Below are positions 53,945 through 60,951 of a stretch of DNA of 64,000 nucleotides, piece after piece (the first letter of the stretch is position 1; the number at the start of each line of letters is the position of its first letter). Source of the stretch: an uncultured Spirochaetota bacterium (lineage in GTDB: Bacteria; Spirochaetota; Spirochaetia; SZUA-6; Fen-1364); the NCBI GenBank assembly GCA_963745235.1, contig CAVUXE010000035.1:278752-342751 (forward strand), in the 5' to 3' direction. A model generated the notes under the pieces. The model saw nothing but the letters and a program-made list of their open reading frames with translations. It was not told the origin of the DNA and did not search any database. The translations under genes were made by a program, and so were the position numbers.

Positions 53945-54136
53945 ATGGAGCGCTTTCTGAAACGGAACAGCCGCGGCGTCACGTGCATTTTCTGCAACCG
54001 CCGCGCGGAACGCTTCGAGTTCAAGATCAAGGGCACGCTGCAAGCCTGGGTCTGCGACTCATGCGCCGAGAAGCATGCAGCGCAGTGCGAACGAATCGAA
54101 GAGCCGTCGAACATTGCGGCGGCGAAGGAAGGGTGA
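53945..54136 (+). CDS. ClpX-type C4 zinc-finger miniprotein
   Basis: CIFC-x19-CDSC with IKG and AWVC. Confidence 0.6.
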   Translation: MERFLKRNSRGVTCIFCNRRAERFEFKIKGTLQAWVCDSCAEKHAAQCERIEEPSNIAAAKEG

Positions 54137-54138
54137 AT

Positions 54139-54501
54139 ATGGGCACCATCGTTGCAAGGAACGTGTACCATGGCGACACGGCCGTTGAGGTTCCGATCCC
54201 TGACGGGGATCCCTCGACCTGGCCCGCGCGCTGGTGGGAAGGCCCTGGCCGCTCGACCAGGCAGGACAGCGCTACAGTGAGACTGTCCCTTGTGGGGAAT
54301 GCCGCGGCGGACCAGATCCCCGACCTTTCGCACTTCGACGCGACGGTCGAGTACGACTCCGAGGTGGTTCGCGAGCGGATGATCAAGCGGATGAATGCCG
54401 ACTCGCGCAGCTACCAGGGCACGACCCGGGCGAACGTCAAGGAGACGGCCAAAGAAGGGATCTCCGCGGCTATGGGCTCCGGCTACTACAGGGAGGGCTG
54501 A
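54139..54501 (+). CDS. Hypothetical protein (120 aa), C-terminus GSGYYREG
   Basis: SD-like GGAAGGG; tightly packed in the operon. Confidence 0.7.
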   Translation: MGTIVARNVYHGDTAVEVPIPDGDPSTWPARWWEGPGRSTRQDSATVRLSLVGNAAADQIPDLSHFDATVEYDSEVVRERMIKRMNADSRSYQGTTRANVKETAKEGISAAMGSGYYREG

Positions 54502-54503
54502 GC

Positions 54504-55235
54504 ATGCCGGCGGGACGTTTGATCGACTGGGCCGCCGAACGGCGCGCTGACGAAGCCGATAAGGTATTCGAGCGCATCGAGGCTTTGCAGCGGCTGCGCG
54601 GGACCACGGACCTGTACCCGGGCAATTTTCTCCGGCCCGGCCGCGAGGCCTACGTCGCCATCATCGACGAACAGCACACGTTCGTCAATGACGGCCATCT
54701 CCACGCCAAGCCCTGGCTTGCGACTTGTCCTCGGCGGCCGTTCGACGGGGGCGGCTTTCGGCACATGAAATGCTTCGAGCCCGAGCGCTGCATGCGGCTT
54801 TTCCAGTACGACGAAGAGGCTGGCAAGGTCGGCGCCGAGCTCTTTGCAGGACGGGTGTTCTACAAGAGCATCGGCCCAGGATCACGGGAAATCATCGACG
54901 AAGCGACGGGCGAGGCACACTACGTCCAAAAAGACGCGGGCTTTGAAATGGCGATCTGCGGGTATGAGGTCATCGCCGTCGCCGCGGGAGCGATAAAGCA
55001 GCGCCCAAAGGAACATCCTCAACTGCCGCGCGACCTGGTAGGCGTTGCTCTCTGGCGCACCCTTTTCGCATACATTGATTTCTCGATCACGCCGGACGAT
55101 GAGGCCCAGCGCGAAAGAGACTGCTCCACGAGCGAATGGAGCGCCTACAAGGCGGCGAAGTCCCTGAAGCTGGGCACCGCCACAACCGTGGATCGGAGAG
55201 GAATGGACCCGTTATATCGCACCGGGGGCGCATGA
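54504..55235 (+). CDS. Hypothetical protein (243 aa)
   Basis: SD GGAGG before ATG 54504; 2-nt gap from the previous gene. Confidence 0.75.
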   Translation: MPAGRLIDWAAERRADEADKVFERIEALQRLRGTTDLYPGNFLRPGREAYVAIIDEQHTFVNDGHLHAKPWLATCPRRPFDGGGFRHMKCFEPERCMRLFQYDEEAGKVGAELFAGRVFYKSIGPGSREIIDEATGEAHYVQKDAGFEMAICGYEVIAVAAGAIKQRPKEHPQLPRDLVGVALWRTLFAYIDFSITPDDEAQRERDCSTSEWSAYKAAKSLKLGTATTVDRRGMDPLYRTGGA

Positions 55236-55236
55236 T

Positions 55237-55674
55237 ATGGCTGGAATCGGGCTGCCATTCTTCAGGGGGGCGGACCCTCGCCGGCCCTCGCGTAAAACTG
55301 CCACGGTGGCAAAAATAGCGAGCGCGGAGACAGGGGAATCGCCCGGCAACTCCGACGCGACGGAAGAGGTCCTGCCTGAAGTGGTTTTCGACCCGGAGCC
55401 CGAGGAAGGCGGATCCACCGTACATGCGGGTAAGCAACAGGCCTGGCCGCGGTCACTGTCCCGCAGGGACCGGGGTCTGATCGCACGGGCCGCGGCCGAG
55501 ACGGAGAAGCTCCAGGAGCTCGCGGGGATCCCGCCGGACCTGGCCCAGCTCCAGCGCTCCGATCCGCGGATCGAGCTCGACCAGGACGGCAACATCAAGC
55601 GCCGGCAGCCGAAGCCCGAGAAGTTGAGCGAGGCCGACGCGGCGTTCCTTTTCATGATGAACTACAGGAGGTAG
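55237..55674 (+). CDS. Hypothetical protein (145 aa), acidic/disordered
   Basis: 1-nt gap from the previous stop; genome-like codon use. Confidence 0.65.
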   Translation: MAGIGLPFFRGADPRRPSRKTATVAKIASAETGESPGNSDATEEVLPEVVFDPEPEEGGSTVHAGKQQAWPRSLSRRDRGLIARAAAETEKLQELAGIPPDLAQLQRSDPRIELDQDGNIKRRQPKPEKLSEADAAFLFMMNYRR

Positions 55675-55677
55675 TCA

Positions 55678-55923
55678 ATGGCAGACAAGAATGGCAACTT
55701 CGGTTTTCCCCGAGACGGTGTCAGCGCGGACGGCACGCCGGTGACGCGGCAGATCGTCACGACAGGGGGAGGCGGTGCGCGCGTCGTGGATATCCCGCGC
55801 GTGCAGAGCTCGGGACCTGGAGGCGGACCGTCCGGACTGGGGAGCTCGCACGAGGGCGGCCACCCCGCGGGAGTGAACGGCGAGCAGATCCCCGTGAAGG
55901 GCAGCGGGTACTACCCCGAATGA
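55678..55923 (+). CDS. Gly-rich hypothetical protein (81 aa), C-terminus GSGYYPE
   Basis: SD AGGAGGT. Confidence 0.7.
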   Translation: MADKNGNFGFPRDGVSADGTPVTRQIVTTGGGGARVVDIPRVQSSGPGGGPSGLGSSHEGGHPAGVNGEQIPVKGSGYYPE

Positions 55924-56303
55924 AACCCCTGCTCGCAGAGATCAAGCAGCGGCGCACGGAGCCCCTCGAGCAGAGCGCGACGGGCGGAGCGATCGCACGG
56001 CAGCCAGCGACCATTGCGCCGCGGCAGCCTTCGCCGAGCCTGCCGGCGCGGGGTACTCCTCGAGCTCCGATGCCCAACCCGGCCAGCCTGGCAAGGATCC
56101 CGGCTCGCGCAACCTTCACCAACGTGCCCACTGCCGGCGGCCAAGTCTCCACGGTGACGCCCTCGGTGGAGAACGTCACGACCGGAGCGCCTGGCATGCA
56201 GCGCAAGATCGTGCATGATCCGCACCGCGGCGCGCACGTCGAGCTCGTGCCGAGCTTCAGGGCATCGAAGCCGGGAGCGCAGACGGGCGAGCTCCCGGAA
56301 TAG
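55920..56303 (+). CDS. Pro/Arg-rich hypothetical protein (127 aa)
   Basis: ATGA overlap with the previous gene. Confidence 0.65.
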   Translation: MKPLLAEIKQRRTEPLEQSATGGAIARQPATIAPRQPSPSLPARGTPRAPMPNPASLARIPARATFTNVPTAGGQVSTVTPSVENVTTGAPGMQRKIVHDPHRGAHVELVPSFRASKPGAQTGELPE

Positions 56304-56305
56304 TT

Positions 56306-56683
56306 CGGGGCGGGCGCTGCCGCAAGCGAAGCGCTCACCCCGGGGCAGGGTAGTGATTCCCCTGTCCCCGGCCCTCTGCTGGTCCGGGTTCTTCACGGTC
56401 CCCGGCCGGCGCAACACCCGTGAGGGCGGAAGCCCCGCCGTTGGCGGACAAGCGAAAACCCTCGCGGGTCCTTTTGAAACAGGACCGCTCCTGGCCGTTG
56501 CGACGAGCGGCTTCATGGGGCGGATCTGCAGGGAAGCCGGGCCTGGCGTTGCCAGAGCTCCCGGCTTTCCCGTTAAAACAGGCGCATACCGTGCGCGGGG
56601 CCTGAAGGCGGCCGTTGGCCGTCCGGGCCCCTTTCCTTTGCGCGTGGCGGGGGCAAGGCGCGACTTTCGCGGGGCCTGCCGCA
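56306..56683 (+). ncRNA. Candidate large structured non-coding RNA (~380 nt, ~10 stems)
   Basis: Near-contiguous stems with many G-U pairs in + sense; four CGTTG-capped apices; no credible ORF. Confidence 0.6.
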
Positions 56684-56745
56684 TGATTCTACCAGGCCAA
56701 AAGCGCCCCTTGACAGATTTGCTATGAGTGCTGTACATTCATGGC

Positions 56746-56916
56746 ATGACGCTACAGGTTCGACACGTGCCCGATACGGTGCACAAGGCTTTGAAACGGC
56801 AGGCGCTCGAGAGAGATCTCTCCCTGAACGCTCTGGTACTGCAGATCCTGGGGCTAGCGTCGAAGAAGAAGCGGATCCCCCCAGGGGATCGCGCTGTCGG
56901 CATTTCCACGGATTGA
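56746..56916 (+). CDS. Ribbon-helix-helix (Arc/FitA-like) DNA-binding protein
   Basis: MTLQVRHVPDTVHKALKRQALERDLSLNALVLQIL; TTGACA-18-TACATT ends 6 nt before ATG (leaderless). Confidence 0.8.
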   Translation: MTLQVRHVPDTVHKALKRQALERDLSLNALVLQILGLASKKKRIPPGDRAVGISTD

Positions 56917-57043
56917 AAGGAGGGCAGCGGCAGTCCTATTATGGGGCTGCCGTGGATAGGGTAGCTCCCGACACGCCGGTGTCTCTTGCCCGGCTTCCAC
57001 GGCACTTTCAAAGCAAGAGCGCACTTTCAAGAGGAGTGCACCA

Positions 57044-57340
57044 ATGGTCAACAAGAACATAGACGGCAAGCCCGTCGCTCTTCGCTTGCTTTCGAAGATC
57101 ACTGAGGACACCACCCCAGACGGGGACTCGCGCGCGGCGGAAATCAAGAAGGCGAATGATTCGCTCGGCGAGGCGCTCGCGCTCCAGGAACAGATTCAAA
57201 CGCTCGCGACTTTGGCTGATGGGCGGAGCAAAGACTCGACGCTCTTGTATGTGATCGAGAGGCTTTCGAAGGAGCTGAACCGACACCTCAGCACGATCGA
57301 GCGCGCGTTGATGGATCTGGGCCGCATCGACGGGACCTGA
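57044..57340 (+). CDS. Hypothetical helical protein (98 aa)
   Basis: SD GAGGAG; followed by a terminator. Confidence 0.7.
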   Translation: MVNKNIDGKPVALRLLSKITEDTTPDGDSRAAEIKKANDSLGEALALQEQIQTLATLADGRSKDSTLLYVIERLSKELNRHLSTIERALMDLGRIDGT

Positions 57341-57360
57341 GAGTACCGCCGCGGCGCTTG

Positions 57361-57393
57361 AAGAGGCCCTCGAGAGATCGGGGGCTTTTTTTT
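57361..57393 (+). terminator. Rho-independent terminator
   Basis: AAGAGGCCCTCGA-GAGA-TCGGGGGC followed by T8. Confidence 0.8.
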
Positions 57394-57529
57394 GCCCGGC
57401 TCTTCGAGGCTCAATCGAAGCTGATTCGAAGCCTTATTCGGGAATGTGAGCGCATTGAAAATCGTGCGTAACATTGTAGCGGGAAAGACAGGGAGTGGAA
57501 TGGGAGCGCGCGGGAGAATAGGATTTTGC

Positions 57530-57571
57530 TTTACACCCAGAAGGTCGGGGGTCCGAATCCCTCGCCGCCCA
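57530..57571 (+). repeat. attR, duplicated tRNA-Val 3' half
   Basis: 42/42 identity with 51080-51121. Confidence 0.95.
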
Positions 57572-57782
57572 GAAGTACTACGTTGTCATAACAGCGAGAA
57601 GCCCGCGGACGCAGCCAGCTCAGCCAGTCTTTGATGCCCTTCCCCGCTTCCCCGTGTCTTTGAACGAGAAGGATCGTTCCGCGTCATGGTAATTCAGCCA
57701 GGGTTCCGCATCATCGCAAGACAACGAAGCGAGCAGCGCCCCGCGGGGCCGAGGCGCGCTCTGGAGCGTTTGGGATGAGGAA

Positions 57783-58820
57783 CTAGAAGTGAAACGTGTA
57801 CGAGACTTTCACCGAGAGATCGAAGGTTGGGTTCACATTTGTAAGTCCGTCGGTGTTCGAGTCGTCGTAGTTGTGGATCTTGAATACCGCTTCCACATAA
57901 AAAGGTCCCGTAGCATAGATGATTCCGGGATAGAGACTGGATCCTAGCGCTTTGGCGGAACCGGAGTGGCCTCCGTAAAAGGCGGAGCCCGGAGTGCTTC
58001 CATTGGGAACATTCTGGTAGGTGTACAAGGATGCTCTGAAATATGCCTTGAGACCGGGAAGGCCTATGCTTGTGAAGTCAAACGTCAGCTTGGGATACGT
58101 GTACAGACGCAGGTTATAGCCTGCATCGCTGAATGAAGGGGTTGTGCTCCCCTGGTCGGAAAAATAGACGGCTTCCAGCACATCGAGCTGCCAGGGTCCG
58201 TAGATGAAGCTCACTTGCGGATTTACATCGTACAGCCATGCTGGAGAGAGCCCGATTTCAGTGCTCACGGAGAATACCAGTGCCGTGGTTTTGTCGAAAG
58301 AGAGCTTGTATGCGATACTCTCGTAGTTTGTAAAGAGAAAAGTGTTCATCCCGCTCCCAAAGAACGTCCCAAGAGAGATCCCTTTGTAGGCGTAGTCCAT
58401 GAGATATTTGATCTCCGCGTAGGCGGGATCATTCGTCGCGTCAGTGCCGATGAAATACAAAGGAAGGCTGACACGCAGCGTCCAAGGCCCGGAGAGAAAG
58501 TCCACAAAAGGTTCCGCTCGGGCAAAGTTCACAAAGGAAGGGGAAATGGTGCCCATCATGTCTTCCGCGCGCAGGCCAAGCCTCAGCGTCGTGGAATCAT
58601 CTGGCTTCAGTGTGTAATAGCCGTTGATGTAGGGGTCTGGGACCAGATTGAGATTGCTCGTGATTGCCGTAGCGGCGCCCGGCTTTTGCTGCGCAGATGA
58701 GAAAGCGTTGAGTGCCGCGCCGAGAGCGCCGACTTCCAGCGTGATTCCCTCCGCGAAAGCAGCAAACCCAGCTGCGGAAACGAGGAGAATCGTCACAACA
58801 ATAAGACGCAATTGTTTCAT
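57783..58820 (-). CDS. Putative outer-membrane beta-barrel protein
   Basis: Signal peptide ...AAFA; aromatic alternating strands; C-terminal VKVSYTFHF. Confidence 0.7.
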   Translation of the reverse strand: MKQLRLIVVTILLVSAAGFAAFAEGITLEVGALGAALNAFSSAQQKPGAATAITSNLNLVPDPYINGYYTLKPDDSTTLRLGLRAEDMMGTISPSFVNFARAEPFVDFLSGPWTLRVSLPLYFIGTDATNDPAYAEIKYLMDYAYKGISLGTFFGSGMNTFLFTNYESIAYKLSFDKTTALVFSVSTEIGLSPAWLYDVNPQVSFIYGPWQLDVLEAVYFSDQGSTTPSFSDAGYNLRLYTYPKLTFDFTSIGLPGLKAYFRASLYTYQNVPNGSTPGSAFYGGHSGSAKALGSSLYPGIIYATGPFYVEAVFKIHNYDDSNTDGLTNVNPTFDLSVKVSYTFHF

Positions 58821-59066
58821 GAGGGCTCCTTTTCAAAAAACTTTTGCCAGAGAGAGTTCCTGTTGCCCAACCATAAGCTGCTAACGGCTGGAGTCGATCG
58901 TTCTTCGGACCAGATAGCTTCGTCTGCTTGCCGGGCGATCAGACCAGGACCTGTGACGGGGGATCAGTTACGTCGAAGAGTTCAACCTTGCATGCACGGC
59001 ATTCAGGACTTCCTCCTTGAAACTTTGGATAAGCAATCCCCTTGAATGCCAGCATGAGTGGAGGCA

Positions 59067-59163
59067 GTTCCCCTTTCCACACTGGGAGGCGACCCAGTTT
59101 CCCGGATCGCCCTGCCGCCTTGAGGTTCGTGGCATTTCGCTTTAGAACGACGAGGTCGGGGAT
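59067..59163 (-). ncRNA. Moco/Tuco (molybdenum/tungsten cofactor) riboswitch motif
   Basis: Minus strand UCCCCGA...CAGGGCGAUCCGG-GAAA-CUGGGUCGCCUCCCAGUGUGGAAAGGGGA matches the P4/P5/P1 pattern; promoter TTGACA-17-TAGCAT at 59199-59171. Confidence 0.75.
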
Positions 59164-59396
59164 CGGCAACATGCTACCTTTGCGATTGTCGCCTGTCAAT
59201 GATTTTTTGGACCTGGAAGGCGATACCAGATGTAAGAGCCGGCTCGGGGAAACGTTGTCGGAAAATCTTGGCTGCGCGGCTCTTCAGCGGCCGAGACGGG
59301 GCGGTTCTGCCGCCCAGTCTCTTTCGCCCTCCGCAACGACCGGCAGCCCGGGAACGATGTCCCACCTCCGAACGCAGCGCGATTAGAGAGGGTTTT

Positions 59397-59867
59397 TCAG
59401 AGTGAAAGACTCCAGACTTCCCGGCAGATCAGCCTGCCAGTGGTCTCCGGCCACGCTCTCGGGCGTTCGTTGACAAAGTCCGCTGTCCCTTCGATACCGG
59501 AAAACTTCCCGGTCCCCCCGAGCAGTTTTGCCTTGCCTGCATCCGCGCCCGTGGGATAATCCCAGATCTCCACCATCATGGTGTCGCCATCCTTGTCCGC
59601 GTACACCCCATACCCGTGGAAGCGCCACCCCACCCCTTTTCGAAGTAGGCGATCACGGAAAAATGGGTAGACAGGTTATTGAACGCCGGCTGGTCGTTAA
59701 TTTCTATGCCATACTGTTCTCCGAGCAGCACGGCGTGGTCCTTGTCGATAGGCATGAGTTTCGGCAGAGGGGGATGCGTAGTTCGTCCCCTTGAAAGTCA
59801 GCTTTGTCTGAGAATACCCCAACGCTCCCGCGACGACTGCCAGAACCAGGCTGACTCTCCGGTCCAT
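59397..59867 (-). CDS. Small exported beta-rich protein, broken by about three homopolymer frameshifts
   Basis: MDRRVSLVLAVVAGALG..., then ...DKDGDT...LGGTGKFSGIEG; shifts near 59820, 59770 and 59635. Confidence 0.5.
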
Positions 59868-60168
59868 GTTTCGCCTCCTGTGCAGTATTTCGGAAGACGG
59901 CCTCTTTTGCCGACTCCGATCATATCAGTGACGTTAGCCTCTGCACGGCAGACTCCTTTCCCGGGGCCACTCAGCCCCCGGATGTGCATAAGTCTAAGCA
60001 CATTTGCGCGGGTTGTCAAGAAGTTTCTGCATATTTTTAAGCATATACCAATGGTTGGCGGAGTTTGCTGCAAGCAGCGCCGCCTCTTGCGGCGGGGTCT
60101 TGCGGCCCTGGTGCGTCCTGGGTCGGCAATCGAGGCCGTAGAGACGTTTCTGTCGTTCTTGTGTCCGC

Positions 60169-60633
60169 TTACTTCTCCACGTGGTAGAGGATCAAATACG
60201 TGGAATCCTGCTGATCAATCCTGCTCGGATAGATCGGGTTCCTCAGCTCCTCGTCGCTATTAGGCGACAGCGATACCGACTCTCGCACTGTTCCAGATTT
60301 GCTATACTTCATGAGTACGGCGAATATCTCAAACTTGCTGTCACCGGGGGCTTTGCCTGAGGAGAGAACCTTCATCCAAATGTTACCCTCTGAATCCGTC
60401 CATTCGCTGGTTATTTTTCCCGTGCCTTCATAAAGAGGACTTGAGTCAGACAGGCGCAGGTACTGCTTCCATCCGTCAGCGGTGTCGACCTCTTTCTGAA
60501 TCGACATCTTTTCGTTGACCCAGGTTCCCAAGCCTATATCTTTCGGAATTTCTTTCCCTTTGACGCAACCTCCAGACAGGATCAAGACCAGGGAACTCAA
60601 AAAGGCGGCAAGAATGATCGGTCGGGTATTCAT
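60169..60633 (-). CDS. Hypothetical lipoprotein
   Basis: SD AGGAGG; MNTRPIILAAFLSSLVLILSGGC. Confidence 0.65.
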   Translation of the reverse strand: MNTRPIILAAFLSSLVLILSGGCVKGKEIPKDIGLGTWVNEKMSIQKEVDTADGWKQYLRLSDSSPLYEGTGKITSEWTDSEGNIWMKVLSSGKAPGDSKFEIFAVLMKYSKSGTVRESVSLSPNSDEELRNPIYPSRIDQQDSTYLILYHVEK

Positions 60634-60951
60634 GCACTTCCTCCTCTCCGCTCCTCTTGTTGGCTTGTGGTAAATGACAGGGTTGCAGGTCAACCAGTTC
60701 AGGGTGGCGAAATTCAATTTTCAGCTTACATCACCGGATGGCTCTGTCAAGCCATGGAGCCGATCCTCACACTGGGGGTGGGGAAGAGAGCCGTCGCACC
60801 AGCTTTTTCGCGAGATCGCCTCCCCCGCGCGGAGGGATGGAATTTTTCCCTTACCTTGCTCCTGCACCGGTATTACTTTACGTCTGTGCGCAAGGGGACC
60901 TTGCAAGTCACGTCGCGAGGCTCCAAGGACAGCCCGGCGGCGAGTAAGCAG

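Larger units (their letters stand above)
51080..57571 (+). mobile_element. 6,450-bp integrative element (phage-satellite-like) in tRNA-Val
   Basis: Perfect att repeats, adjacent integrase, Xis-like HTH, Rep-like gene; all ORFs co-oriented. Confidence 0.92.

Noticed and set aside
56306-56683. tmRNA, RNase P, SRP, group I intron or CRISPR identity for the structured tract
   Set aside because: None of their hallmark sequences seen; repeats are only 5-9 nt and irregularly spaced; no cas or RT genes
51214-57340. Filamentous phage, full prophage or ICE
   Set aside because: No Zot ATPase, HUH Rep, terminase, capsid, relaxase or T4SS motif recognised
57530-57571. Second tRNA gene
   Set aside because: Only the 3' half is present; it is attR
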